Shown piece by piece: positions 22,389 through 33,582 of a stretch of DNA of 64,000 nt. Under the pieces are notes generated by a model. It was given only the letters and a program-made list of their open reading frames with translations. It did no database searches and had not been told where the DNA came from. This stretch comes from an uncultured Spirochaetota bacterium. GTDB lineage: Bacteria > Spirochaetota > Spirochaetia > SZUA-6 > CAVTHK01. Every line of letters starts with the position of its first letter. Position 1 is the stretch's first letter. Both the position numbers and the translations under genes were made by a program. The DNA lies in assembly GCA_963734495.1 (NCBI GenBank), contig CAVTHK010000013.1:480001-544000 (forward strand), given 5' to 3'.

Positions 22389-22466
22389 GCGCCCCTCCGC
22401 TGCCGCGACACTTGTTCGGGCCGCGACTCCGCTCTATAATGCGCCGCGCGTCAGCGACGCGCGCAC

Positions 22467-23558
22467 ATGCGATTGTTGTTTGTCATCCAGGGCGAAGGCC
22501 GGGGCCACCTGACGCAGGCCATCGCCCTCGCGGACATGCTCAGAAAGCACGGCCACACCGTGGTCGAGGCGCTCGTCGGCCGCGGCGCGTCGCGCGAGAT
22601 CCCCGCGTTTTTCACGGAGCGCATCGCGTGCCCGGTGCGGAGCTTCCCGAGCCCGAACTTCATCGTGGCCAACAACCGCCGCATCCTCGTCGCCCGATCG
22701 GTGGTGTACAACTTCGCGAAGACGCTTGTCTATCTGCAGAGCCTCGCTTTTCTGCGGCGCCGGATCCGCGCGCTCGCGCCCGACCTGGTGGTCAGCTTCT
22801 ACGAGCCCCTGTGCGGATGGGCGTGCAGCCTGCGGCTGCGGGCCGTGCCCTACGTCACGCTTGCTCACCAGTACCTCCTCCTGCATCCCGCGTTCGTGTT
22901 CCCTCCGCGGAGCCTCATGCACAGGCTCGGCGTCAACCTCTTTACGGCCGCGTTCTCGCTCCGCGCCCGCCGGAAGCTCGCTCTCTCCTTTGTCCGGATG
23001 CCCGACCGGCCGGGACGCAGGCTCTTCGTCGTGCCGCCGCTGCTGCGCGCCAGGGTCAGGGAGCTCGAGCCGACCGAAGGCGGCCACATCCTCGGCTACA
23101 TGCTGAACCCCGGCTACAGCCGAGAGATCATCGCGTGGCACATCAGGAACCCGGAGATCGAGACGCACGTGTTCTGGGACATGCGCGACGCGCCCGAGGA
23201 TCTCGAGGTGCGGCCGGGCCTGACCTTTCACCGCATCCACGACGAAAAGTTCCTCGCGCTCATGGCGAGCTGCCGCGGCTTCGCGGGCACCGCCGGGTTC
23301 GAAAGCGTGTGCGAGGCCCTCTACCTGGGCAAGCCCGCGCTCCTGGTGCCCACCGGGGGGCACTTCGAGCAGCGGTGCAACGCCCTCGACGCCTGGCGCG
23401 CGGGCGCCGGGGTCACCGCCGAATCCTTCGACCTGGACCGGCTTCTCGCCTTCATACCGCTGTACGATTCCGCCGACCGGGGCTTCCGCTGCTGGGCCGA
23501 CCGGGCGGAGGAGCTCTTCCTGCGCCACGTGGAGCAGGCGGCCCGGAGGCGGGCATGA
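22467..23558 (+). CDS. Glycosyltransferase (MJ1255/Glyco_trans_1_3-like)
   Basis: QGEGRGHLTQA, TAGFESVCEALYLGKP, HFEQRCNA; TTGTTC-17-TATAAT upstream. Confidence 0.88.
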   Translation: MRLLFVIQGEGRGHLTQAIALADMLRKHGHTVVEALVGRGASREIPAFFTERIACPVRSFPSPNFIVANNRRILVARSVVYNFAKTLVYLQSLAFLRRRIRALAPDLVVSFYEPLCGWACSLRLRAVPYVTLAHQYLLLHPAFVFPPRSLMHRLGVNLFTAAFSLRARRKLALSFVRMPDRPGRRLFVVPPLLRARVRELEPTEGGHILGYMLNPGYSREIIAWHIRNPEIETHVFWDMRDAPEDLEVRPGLTFHRIHDEKFLALMASCRGFAGTAGFESVCEALYLGKPALLVPTGGHFEQRCNALDAWRAGAGVTAESFDLDRLLAFIPLYDSADRGFRCWADRAEELFLRHVEQAARRRA

Positions 23559-24595
23559 GCGACACCTTGGATCGCGTCGAGCCGCGGCTCCTCTTCGAGC
23601 GCCGCGAGCTTCTGGGTGTGGCGCTCGACCCGCCCGACACGAAGCCGGGCTCCTGGATCGGCGCCGGAAAGATCCTGCGCGACCCCGAGGGCGGAGGCTT
23701 TCTCCTCTCGGCCAGGCCCCGGGTCGCCGCCGGAAAGGCGCGCGGCTACGCGGCCAACATATACCGGTCCAAGGACGACCTTCGCTTCGAGCAGGTCGGC
23801 GGGGTGAGCAAGGAAGAAGCGATCCGGGCGAGCGGAGCAGAGATCCACAGCATCGAGGGCACGCAGCTCCTGCGCGACCCCGCGACGGGCCGCTGGCACT
23901 TCTACCTCTCCGTCGACACCGGAGGCGACTTCATCTGGGGCGGCCTCCAGTGGGAGACTCTGCTGCTCGTGGCGCCCTCCCTCGCCGGCCCGTGGGAATC
24001 CCGGGGCCTCGTGTTGAGACACGACCAGTCCTACGACGCCAACCAGTCGCGGGACTCCAGCATCGACATCATCGACGGCCGGTGGGTCTGCGTGTACAAG
24101 GCGATGAACGCCGGGCGCGAAGTGCGGCCCGCGCTCGCCACCAGCGCCGACGGAATCTCCTGGCGCAAGCACGGACCGCTTACGGTCGACGGCCGCGATC
24201 ACCTCGGGTTCCTCAGCGGCACGACGTTCGCCCGCGGCGACGGCCTGCTGTTCGTCGGGCTCGAATCGAGCCTCGAGGATTACCGCAGGCGGGACCCCGA
24301 AGTCGTGTATGCCGACGAGCACGGCGTCGGCCACGGGAGCAGCGACACGTTCGGCGTCGCCTACGCGCTGGACCTCGAGCGTCGCGATCTCACCCCGCTC
24401 CATCGCGCCTTCTGGGAGTCCCGCTCCGAGTACGAGCACGAGCGCTACCCGCTGCTCGGCTACTCGAGCGCGCTCTTCGACCCGGAGGGCGGCCGCTTCC
24501 TGATCTGCGTGGAGGCCATCGACGGCCGCCTCACCCGCCGGATCGGGCTCAACGAGACGGTCGAGCGGCTGCTCGTGTACCAGACGCGGCTCTGA
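23555..24595 (+). CDS. Hypothetical protein, possible beta-propeller glycosidase-like
   Basis: Asp-box-like ATSADGISWRK and YRSKDDLRFE; ATGA overlap with the upstream gene. Confidence 0.55.
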   Translation: MSDTLDRVEPRLLFERRELLGVALDPPDTKPGSWIGAGKILRDPEGGGFLLSARPRVAAGKARGYAANIYRSKDDLRFEQVGGVSKEEAIRASGAEIHSIEGTQLLRDPATGRWHFYLSVDTGGDFIWGGLQWETLLLVAPSLAGPWESRGLVLRHDQSYDANQSRDSSIDIIDGRWVCVYKAMNAGREVRPALATSADGISWRKHGPLTVDGRDHLGFLSGTTFARGDGLLFVGLESSLEDYRRRDPEVVYADEHGVGHGSSDTFGVAYALDLERRDLTPLHRAFWESRSEYEHERYPLLGYSSALFDPEGGRFLICVEAIDGRLTRRIGLNETVERLLVYQTRL

Positions 24596-24620
24596 CAAAA
24601 AACGCAGGAGGAGGATCCGC

Positions 24621-27083
24621 ATGGGCCACGCATTCAACGCCGCCTACGACGGCGCGAACCTGGCGCGCGTCGCGTTCCCGCTCGGCGGGATCGGCACCGG
24701 CATGGTCTGCTTCGAGGGCGCGGGCGGGCTCTCGCACCTGTCGGTGCGCCACCGTCCGGAGATCTACAACGAGCCGCTCGCGTTCGCTGCCGTCCGCGTC
24801 GCGGGCCGCGGCGCGCGCGTGCTGGAGGGGCCCGTCCCCGAGTGGAAGCTCTTCTTCCCGTGGGACGGCACGCACCGCGGGAGCTCCGGCAACGGCGGCG
24901 GCGGCCGCACGTACGGCCTCCCGCGCTACGGCTCGGCCCGCTTCGAGCCCCGCTTCCCGTTCGCGCGCCTCGAGCTGCGGGAGCCCGGGTGGCCCGACGC
25001 GACGATCACCGCGTGGAGCCCCTTCACCCCGCCCGACGGCGACAGCTCCAGCCTTCCCGTCGCGGCGATCGAGTACGAGCTCGCGAACTCCGGCGACGCG
25101 GCGATCGACGTGACCTTCTCGTACCACGCCCGCAACTTCATGGCCGTGGTGCAGCCCGACATCCCCGCCCCCGTCGTCGCCAGCGGCTCCTCGGTCACCG
25201 CGATCCCCGGCGGCTTCGTGCTGCGCCAGGCGGGCTCGGCCGCGCGGCCGTGGGACGAAGGCGCGTTCGCGATCTACGCGCCTTTCGACGGCGCGCGCTC
25301 CTCGTGCGCGTGGTTCCGGGGCGGATGGTTCGACCCGCTCACCATTCTCTGGAAGGAAATAGAAGAAGGCGGCCCTCGGGCTGCGGAGCCGCCTCACGAG
25401 GGCGACCCGAGCCCCGGCGGAAGCCTCGCCACCGATTTCCGCCTCGAGCCGGGAGCACGCAGGAGAGTGCGGCTGCTGCTGTGCTGGTACGTTCCCGGCT
25501 CGGACCTCCGGTCCGGACGCGGCGTGGACGACGATGCGCATCCGCCCGGCACATACACGCCCTGGTATGCCGCCCGATTCCCCGGCCTCGAGGCCGTGGC
25601 CGAAGAGTGGCGCCGCCGCTACGACGAGCTGCGAACCGCGAGCCTGCGCTTCTCCGAGGCCTTCTACGACACCACTCTCCCGCCCGCGGTGGTCGAAGCC
25701 GTGGCCGCGAACCTCACGATCCTCAAGTCGCCGACCGTGCTCCGCCAGGCCGACGGCAGGATCTGGGGCTGGGAAGGCTGCTGCGACACCGAAGGCTGCT
25801 GCCCCGGAAGCTGCACCCACGTGTGGAACTACGCGCAGGCGATGCCGCACCTGTTCCCGGCGCTCGAGCGTACGCTGCGGGAGACGGAGCTGCACGAGGC
25901 GCAGAGCCCCGACGGGCGCCAGGCGTTCCGCGCGCCGCTGCCGATCCGGCAGGTCCTGCACGACATGGTCCCTGCTTCGGACGGGCAGCTCGGCGGCATC
26001 CTCAAGGTCTACCGCGACTGGCGCATCAGCGGCGACACCGAATGGTTGAAGCACCGGTGGCCGCTCGTCAAACGCAGCCTCGACTACTGCATCGGCGCCT
26101 GGGACCCCGACCGGAAGGGCCTGCTCGTCGAGCCGCACCACAACACGTACGACATCGACTTCTGGGGACCCGACGGCATGTGCGGCAGCTTCTACCTCGG
26201 CGCGCTCAAGGCCGCGGCCCTCATGGGGCGCGCGCTCGGCGAGGACGTGAGGGAATATGCGCGGCTGTACGATGCCGGGAGGAAGGCGCTCGAGAGCGAT
26301 CTCTACGACGGCGAGTACTTCGTGCAGGACGTACGCTGGCGGGACGCTCAGGCCGGCAGCCCCGCCGCGTACCGCACGCATCGGGGCACGGGGTACGGCT
26401 CGCGCGAGTCGCTGGAGCTGCTCGAAAAGGAGGGCCCCAAGTACCAGTACGGCGCCGGCTGCCTCTCGGACGGAGTGCTCGGAGCCTGGATGGCCGAAGT
26501 CTGCGGCGTCGGCGAGATCCTCGATCCCGCCAAGGTCGCGAGCCACCTGCGTTCGGTCTTCACTTACAATTTCCGGCCCGACCTGCGCGAGCACGCCAAC
26601 CCGCAGCGGCCGACCTACGCGGTCGGAGCCGAGGGCGGCCTGCTGCTCGGCACCTGGCCGAAGGGAGGGGAGCCGACGCTGCCCTTTCCCTACAGCAACG
26701 AAGTCTGGACGGGCATCGAGTACCAGGCCGCGTCTCACCTCATGATGATGGGGCGGGCGGACGAAGGGCTCCGCATCGTCGAGGCGGTGCGCGCGCGCTA
26801 CGACGGACGGACCCGCAACCCCTTCAATGAGTACGAGTGCGGCCACTGGTATGCGCGGGCGATGGCATCCTACGCGCTGATCCAGGGGCTCGCGGGGGCA
26901 CGCTACGACGCCGTCGACCGCACGCTCACGCTGGCCCCGAAGATCGCCGGCGACTGGAGGGCGTTCCTCGCTACGGCGACGGGCTACGGCACAGTCGGCG
27001 TGCGAAGCGGCAAGCCGTTCGTCGATGTGCGATCGGGGAAGATCGACGTCGCGAAGGTGGACTACCGGCCGTTGGCGCTCTGA
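24621..27083 (+). CDS. GH116 glycoside hydrolase (copy 1)
   Basis: [57 protein letters not shown]. Confidence 0.92.
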   Translation: MGHAFNAAYDGANLARVAFPLGGIGTGMVCFEGAGGLSHLSVRHRPEIYNEPLAFAAVRVAGRGARVLEGPVPEWKLFFPWDGTHRGSSGNGGGGRTYGLPRYGSARFEPRFPFARLELREPGWPDATITAWSPFTPPDGDSSSLPVAAIEYELANSGDAAIDVTFSYHARNFMAVVQPDIPAPVVASGSSVTAIPGGFVLRQAGSAARPWDEGAFAIYAPFDGARSSCAWFRGGWFDPLTILWKEIEEGGPRAAEPPHEGDPSPGGSLATDFRLEPGARRRVRLLLCWYVPGSDLRSGRGVDDDAHPPGTYTPWYAARFPGLEAVAEEWRRRYDELRTASLRFSEAFYDTTLPPAVVEAVAANLTILKSPTVLRQADGRIWGWEGCCDTEGCCPGSCTHVWNYAQAMPHLFPALERTLRETELHEAQSPDGRQAFRAPLPIRQVLHDMVPASDGQLGGILKVYRDWRISGDTEWLKHRWPLVKRSLDYCIGAWDPDRKGLLVEPHHNTYDIDFWGPDGMCGSFYLGALKAAALMGRALGEDVREYARLYDAGRKALESDLYDGEYFVQDVRWRDAQAGSPAAYRTHRGTGYGSRESLELLEKEGPKYQYGAGCLSDGVLGAWMAEVCGVGEILDPAKVASHLRSVFTYNFRPDLREHANPQRPTYAVGAEGGLLLGTWPKGGEPTLPFPYSNEVWTGIEYQAASHLMMMGRADEGLRIVEAVRARYDGRTRNPFNEYECGHWYARAMASYALIQGLAGARYDAVDRTLTLAPKIAGDWRAFLATATGYGTVGVRSGKPFVDVRSGKIDVAKVDYRPLAL

Positions 27084-28087
27084 GCCGCGAGGCGCTCAGC
27101 GGCAAAGTGGCAGGCGGCCTGGTGACCCGGGGCGTAGTCCGCGAGCGCGGGCGCCTCGGCGCGGCAGATGTCGCGGACGTAGGGGCACCTCGGGTGGAAG
27201 TAGCAGCCCGACGGCGGGTTGGCGGGGCTCGGCACGTCGCCTTCGAGGACGATCTCCTTGCGCGTCGCATCCGGGTCGGGGATGGGGATCGCCGAGAGCA
27301 GCGCTTCCGTGTAGGGGTGCAGCGGCCTCTCGTGGAGCTCGTCCGAGGGCGCACACTCGACGATCTTGCCGAGGTACATGACGGCGATGCGGTGGCTCAC
27401 GTGCTTGACGACGCTCAGGTCGTGGGCCACGAACAGAAAGGTGAGCCCGAGGTTCGCCTGCAGGTCCTGCAGCAGGTTGATCACCTGCGCCTGGATCGAC
27501 ACGTCGAGCGCCGATACCGGCTCGTCGCAGATGATGAGCTTGGGGTCGAGCGCCAGCGCGCGGGCGATGCCGATGCGCTGCCTCTGGCCGCCGCTGAACT
27601 CGTGGGGATAGCGGCGCATGTACTCGGCGGTGAGGCCGACCGACTCGAGCAGGGAGGCGACCTTCGCCTCCCGTGCCTTGCGGCTCTTCATCCCGTAGAC
27701 CGCCAGAGGCTCGCCGATGATGTCGCCCACGAGCATGCGCGGGTTCAGCGACGATTGGGGGTCCTGGAAGACGATCTGCATGCCGCGGCGGATCTCCTTC
27801 ATCCCGCGCTCATCGAGCGTCGCGATGTCGACAGGCACGCCGTTGTGCCGGTAGATCACGTGCCCCGCCGTCGGCTCCAGCAGCCGCACCATCGTGCGGG
27901 CGGCGGTCGTCTTGCCGCAGCCGCTCTCGCCCACGAGGCCGAGCGTCTCGCCCTGGACCAGGTCGATGTCGATCCCGTCGACCGCCTTGACGGCGCCGAC
28001 GACGCGGCGGAACGCGCCGTGCGTGATCGGGAAGTGCTTCTTGAGACCCCTCACCTGCAGCAGGACAGTCTGATCTTCCAACTTCAC
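27062..28087 (-). CDS. Opp/Dpp-type ABC ATP-binding subunit (OppF-like)
   Basis: [33 protein letters not shown]. Confidence 0.94.
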   Translation of the reverse strand: MKLEDQTVLLQVRGLKKHFPITHGAFRRVVGAVKAVDGIDIDLVQGETLGLVGESGCGKTTAARTMVRLLEPTAGHVIYRHNGVPVDIATLDERGMKEIRRGMQIVFQDPQSSLNPRMLVGDIIGEPLAVYGMKSRKAREAKVASLLESVGLTAEYMRRYPHEFSGGQRQRIGIARALALDPKLIICDEPVSALDVSIQAQVINLLQDLQANLGLTFLFVAHDLSVVKHVSHRIAVMYLGKIVECAPSDELHERPLHPYTEALLSAIPIPDPDATRKEIVLEGDVPSPANPPSGCYFHPRCPYVRDICRAEAPALADYAPGHQAACHFAAERLAAQSANGR

Positions 28088-29136
28088 TTCCCCCGCGCGC
28101 CGCTGCCCTCGGCGAGCCAGCACCTGGCCGTGTGACCGTCCCGCACCGGAAGCTCCGGCGGCATGGTCGCGCACTTGTCGAACACCATCGGACACCGCTT
28201 GGCGAACCCGCACCCCGGCGGCAGTTCGTAGGGAGTCGGAACAACGCCCTGGATGGCCACGAGGCGCTTTTTCTGGTCGAGCCGCGGGATCGAGTTCAGC
28301 AGCCCCTTCGTGTACGGGTGAACGGGCCGGTGGAAGATGTCCCGCACGGCTCCGCGCTCGACGATCTTGCCGAGATACATGACCACGACTTCGTGGGCCA
28401 TCTTCGCGATCACGCCGAGGTCGTGCGTAATAACCATGATGGACATGCCCATCTCGTCCTGCAGCGAGCGCATCAGGCGCAGGATCTGCGCCTGAACCGT
28501 GACGTCGAGGGCAGTGGTCGGCTCGTCGGCGATCAGGAGGTTGGGCCGGCAGCTCAGGGCCATCGCGATGACCGCGCGCTGCCTCATGCCGCCGCTCAGC
28601 TGGAACGGGTACTCGTCGACGCGCTGCTGCGGCGCCGGAATGCCCACCTTGGTGAGCATCTCGATCGCGAGCTCACGCGCCTCGAGCTTGTCCACCTGCC
28701 GGTGCAGCAGGACCGCCTCGGCGATCTGGGCGCCGATCGTGAGCACGGGGTTGAGCGCGCTCATCGGCTCCTGGAAGATCATGGCGATGCGGTTGCCGCG
28801 CATGCCGGTCATCTCGCGGCTGTCGGGCGCGAGCGTCGTGAGGTCCACCGGAGTGCCGCCGTCGGGGTAGTAAAGGATCTTTCCGCCCGCGTCGCGGCCG
28901 GGCCGCGGCACCAGGCGCATGATCGAGAGCGCCGTGATGCTCTTGCCGCACCCGCTCTCGCCCACCACGCCGAGCACCTTGCCCTTCTCGATGCGGAAGC
29001 TCACGCCGTCGACCGCCTTGACGACGCCGTCCTCGGTGTGGAAGTGCGTCTTGAGGTCGACGACGTCGAGGATGGTGCCGTTGCCCGACCCGGCGACGGC
29101 CCCGAGGGATTCGCCCGTTACCCCGCTTGCCGTCAT
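28084..29136 (-). CDS. Opp/Dpp-type ABC ATP-binding subunit (OppD-like)
   Basis: [24 protein letters not shown]. Confidence 0.94.
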   Translation of the reverse strand: MTASGVTGESLGAVAGSGNGTILDVVDLKTHFHTEDGVVKAVDGVSFRIEKGKVLGVVGESGCGKSITALSIMRLVPRPGRDAGGKILYYPDGGTPVDLTTLAPDSREMTGMRGNRIAMIFQEPMSALNPVLTIGAQIAEAVLLHRQVDKLEARELAIEMLTKVGIPAPQQRVDEYPFQLSGGMRQRAVIAMALSCRPNLLIADEPTTALDVTVQAQILRLMRSLQDEMGMSIMVITHDLGVIAKMAHEVVVMYLGKIVERGAVRDIFHRPVHPYTKGLLNSIPRLDQKKRLVAIQGVVPTPYELPPGCGFAKRCPMVFDKCATMPPELPVRDGHTARCWLAEGSGARGK

Positions 29137-29138
29137 GG

Positions 29139-30258
29139 TCAGCCCTTCTCGAACGGGTCCGCCGCGTCGCGGAGGCCGTCGCCCACGAAGTTCAGCGCGA
29201 GGATCACGACGATCACGAAGAGGCCGGGGATCAGGAGCCAGGGGTTCAGCAGCACGGTCTGGAAGTTCTGCGCCTGCTCCAGCAGGACGCCCCAGCTCAC
29301 GGCGGGCGGACGCAGGCCGAGCCCGAGGAAGCTCAGGCTGGTTTCAAACAGGATCATGCCCGGCGCCCCCAGGGTCACGCTCACGATGATGTAGCTCACG
29401 AAGTTGGGCACCAGGTATCGGAAGATGATGCGCATGCTCGAGGCGCTGTAGCTGCGCGCCGCGAGCACGTAGTCCTCCTTGCGCAGCGAGATGAGCTTGC
29501 TCCGGATGCCCCGCGCGAGCCAGGGCCAGTTCGTAAGGGAGACGAGGATCGCGATCACCAGGTAGACCCTGGTGACGGGCCACGTGTTGGGCACGGCGGC
29601 CGCCAGCCCCATCCAGAGCGGCAGCTTGGGCACGGCGAGCAGCAGCTCGCTCGAGCGCTGCACCACCTCGTCGAAGACCCCGCCGTAGTAGCCCGAGATG
29701 CCTCCGAAGATGATGCCGAACACGAGGCTGATGAGCACCCCCAGCAGCGCCATGCTCAGCGACGTGCGCGTGGCGAAGACGGTTCGCGAGAAGACGTCGC
29801 GCCCACTCTTGTCCGTGCCGAAGATGAACAGCGGCGCGTCCTTCTCGTCGACGCCGAAGAGGTGCACTCGCGCGGGGATGACCCCGAGAAGCTTGTAGGG
29901 AAAGCCCTGCACGAACAGGTGGATCGCGAAGCGGTTCTCCGGGGTGCGGACTTCGGTCCAGATCCTCTGCCAGGTCTTCGGGTCGAGATCCTCCTTGTAC
30001 CGGTACATGAACGGCCACGGGTGGAAGCGGCCGGCCTCGTCCATGAACCGGATCGGGCCGTGGGGACACGTAGACCTTGTTCTCGAACTGCCAGATCGGG
30101 TCGTTGGGGACCAGGAACTCGCCGAAGAGCATGAACGCCGCGTATACGCCCAGAATCCACAGGCTGACGACCGCCAGCTTGTGTTTCTTGAACCGCATGC
30201 GGATGAGCTCGGCCTGCGAGCGGGACTTGATGGTCGTCGTGACGAGCGTGTCGGCCAT
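29139..30258 (-). CDS. ABC permease (OppC-like; frameshift ~30065)
   Basis: FGTDKSGRD, EAA-like DYVLAARSYSA, ETSLSFLGLG, GDGLRDAADP. Confidence 0.9.
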
Positions 30259-30259
30259 G

Positions 30260-31270
30260 CTAGTCCGATTCCTTCTGCTCGGTAAAGCTGATCCTCGGGT
30301 CCGTGAGGGCGAGCAGGACGTCGGAGAGCAGGGTGCCGAAGACGGTAAAGGCGCTGAGGATCAGGATGATCGATCCCGCCAGGTACATGTCCTGGCTGAG
30401 AAGGGCCTGGAAGAGGTCCGGGCCCGTGGTGGGAAGCCCCAGGACGATCGAGACGATCAGGGCGCCCGAAACGATGTTGGGGAGCTGCCAGCCCACCGAC
30501 GCGATGATCGGGTTCAGCGCGATCCGCGTCGCGTGCCGGATGACGGCCTGCCAGTGGGAGAGGCCCTTGGCCTTCGCGACCTTGATGTACTCCTTGCCGA
30601 GCTCGTCGAGCATCGTCGCCCGGAGGATCCTCACCGTGCTCGCGGTCCCGGACATGCCGATGACGACGATCGGGACGATGAGGTGAGCCAGCGTGTCGAG
30701 GAGCTTGGGCAGGCTCATCGCCGCCTCGCGGAACTGCGGCGAGTTGAGGCCCCCCATCGAGATCCCGAAGACCTGGTAGACCCATACCATGACGAGCAGG
30801 GCGAGAAGGAAGTTCGGCACGGAGATGCCGACGAACGAGATGAACGTGAGGGCGTAGTCCGTCTTCGTGTACTGGCGGACAGCGGAGTAGATCCCCGTCG
30901 GGATCGCTACGACGAACTGGAAGAAGAGCGTGATGACGCCGAGCACGAGCGTGAGCGGCATGCGCTCGATGACGATCCGGCTCACCGGGCGGTTCCAGTG
31001 GAACGACATGCCGAAGTCGAAGCGCGTGATGATACCGCCCACCCACTTGAGGTACTGCATGACCATGGGCTCGTCGAGGCCGTAGCGGTGCGTCATCTCG
31101 GCGAGGAGCGCCTCGCGGCGCTCGGGGCTCATGTCCACGGTCATCAGCTGCGCGACGTAGGTGTCGGCGAACGACCCCGGCGGCAGCTGGATCACGATGA
31201 ACGAGATGATCGTCATCAGGAAGACGAGCAGGAAAGCGTAGAACAGGCGCCGCACCATGTACCCGGTCAT
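30260..31270 (-). CDS. ABC permease (OppB-like)
   Basis: QLPPG, DFGMSF, ATMLDELGKEYIKVAKAKG, QDMYLAG. Confidence 0.92.
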   Translation of the reverse strand: MTGYMVRRLFYAFLLVFLMTIISFIVIQLPPGSFADTYVAQLMTVDMSPERREALLAEMTHRYGLDEPMVMQYLKWVGGIITRFDFGMSFHWNRPVSRIVIERMPLTLVLGVITLFFQFVVAIPTGIYSAVRQYTKTDYALTFISFVGISVPNFLLALLVMVWVYQVFGISMGGLNSPQFREAAMSLPKLLDTLAHLIVPIVVIGMSGTASTVRILRATMLDELGKEYIKVAKAKGLSHWQAVIRHATRIALNPIIASVGWQLPNIVSGALIVSIVLGLPTTGPDLFQALLSQDMYLAGSIILILSAFTVFGTLLSDVLLALTDPRISFTEQKESD

Positions 31271-31338
31271 GAGACGCTCCCAGAGCGACCGGGAGCGAGG
31301 CGTCAGCCCCGCTCCCGGCATGACTCGATTCGCAATCC

Positions 31339-33468
31339 CTAGAGCCAGCCTTCTTCCTTGGCCCTCGTGATCGGGTCCTTGAGCTTGTCGACGGGATAGA
31401 GCTTCGGCAAGCCGGACTCGTCGTACTTCACCTGGGGTCTGTCCTTGAAGTAGAACTGCGGCGGCGAGTAGGCGCTGGTCCACCAGGTGCTCCACTCGTA
31501 GATGAGCGGCCCGTCCTTCTCGGTCGGGAAGTTCAGCAGGTCGTTCTTGACGATGATCGGGTGCGGGAAGTCGCTCACGGTGCCGATGACCCACACGTTC
31601 TCCATCGCGCTGTCCAGCATCTTGCGGCCCCACTTGATCATCTCGTCGCGCGAGGTCGCCCGGTCCATCTGGGTGTAGGCCTCGTAGATGTCGGTCGACC
31701 ACGTCCTGGGGGCCCGGATCGCCGACCTTGCCGCCGGAGAACCAGTACTGGAACCAGGACACGCCCATCATCGGGAAGATGTGGGTGTTGATGTAGGACG
31801 GGAACAGCATCTCCGTGCGCGCGTCGCCGTGCCAGATCCACATCTCGGGCTTGTTGGTGACGCGCGCGCACGCCTTCGAGCGAAGGCTCCAGGACCTTGA
31901 CGTCGACGTTGAGGCCGATGGCCCGCCAGTTCTCCTTGACCAGCTCGGACACGGGGATGCGCGGCGCCTCGGACTCGCGGAACTCGATGTTGAACGCCAG
32001 CGGTTCGGCCCTTGGGGTCCTCGCGCCAGCCGTCGCCGTTGCGGTCGACGACCCCGAGCTCGTCGAGCGTCTTCTTAGCCCAGGCGGGATCGTACTCGCC
32101 GTACTTGGTCTCGTACTCGGGCTTGAACCACATCGTGTTCGGCAGCACGGTCATCATGACCGGCCGCGCCTTGCCGAAGCAGACCTCGTTGTTGATGCGC
32201 ACGCGGTCGATGGCCCGGCTCAGGGCGATGCGGAACTGCTTGTTGCTGCACCAGGTCGCGGAACGGCACGTTCTCCGAGCTGTAGAACGGGTGGAGCACC
32301 GAGGCGCTGGCCGCGAACTTCCAGAGGTCGGCGTGGTAGCCGCCCTGCTGCTCGTACTTCTTGAACAGCGGGATGTCGGGCGTCGTGGTCGAGAAGCCCT
32401 CGAAGTCGGACTCTCCGGCGATGATCTTGCCGTTGATCAGCTCCTTCTTCGGCACGAGCTCGCCGATGATCCGATCGATGTACGGGAGCTGGTTCCCCTG
32501 CGGTGTCGACCGCGTAGTAGTACGGGTTGCGCTCCCAGATGATCTTGGTCTGCGTCTTGCTCACCGCGACGTAGGGTGCGAGGGTCGGCGGGAAGTTGCC
32601 GAGCACCTGCACTGTCGTCTGCTGCCCCTGGATCGGGCTGAAGAACAGGAACATCTGGAACCAGGTGGCGAAGCCGCCCTTCTTGGCGAGGTCCGCCGCG
32701 GCCTGCTGCCCGATCACGTCCGGGTGGAACTGCTTTAGGAAGTGCATCGGCAGGATGAAGTAGTCGGGACCTGCCCGAGTGCGGGTGGCTCAGGTGGTTG
32801 ATCAGCGTCGGGTAGGAGTAGTCGGACGTGAAGCGCATCGTGTAGTCGTCGACCACTTCCTTCTTGACCGTGCGCTTGTCGTTGTACTCGTTGTAGAAGG
32901 TGACCGCCTTGTCCTCGATCGTGACCTTCATGTTCCGAACCGTCGGGTTCACGTCCGGATTGGAGCTGAAGAGCTTCCACTTGTCGAGGAACTCCTGCGT
33001 GGTCAGGGGATAGCCGTCGGACCACTTGAGGCCCTTGCGCAGCTTGAGCGTCCAGACCGTGTAGTTGTCGTTGTGATCCGCGCTCTTGAACACGAGCGGC
33101 ACTCCGGGCTTGGCCTCCGGTGTCGCCTTGAACGGGCCGTCTGTTCCCATGAGCATCATCGAGGTGTAGGGCCGCTTCGGGTCTTCGGCGTTAAAGGTCC
33201 TCGCCGTGCCGCCGTAGCGGCCGATTTCGTGCAGCGGCTTGACGACGAGCCGGTCCTCGGGGACCGGAAGCCTCTGATCGACGGGCGGGATCAGCCCGCG
33301 CTTGACCATCTCGGCGAGCAGCGGCGACTCCTTGACCGTGGACGGCGCCGATGCAGCCGCGGCGCCCGGCGTTACGCCCGGCTTGCTTTCCTTGCCGCCT
33401 TCGGCGACTGCAAACGACGCAGCGACCAGGAGCAGCAAGAGGAACAGAGCGATGCGTCTTCCCGTCAT
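31339..33468 (-). CDS. Family 5 extracellular solute-binding protein (several frameshifts)
   Basis: Signal peptide, ESPLLAEMVKRG..PPVDQRLP, GRYGG, LRKGLKWSDG, ERNPYYY. Confidence 0.85.
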
Positions 33469-33582
33469 GAGAACCTCCTCCTTGTGTACGGGCGCCCGCC
33501 GCCCTCGGAGGGCGACGGAGCGAGTGGCCAGTATACCATGGCCTCAGCCGCGGCGCGCGCGGGCCGCGCCCCTGCCGCGTAA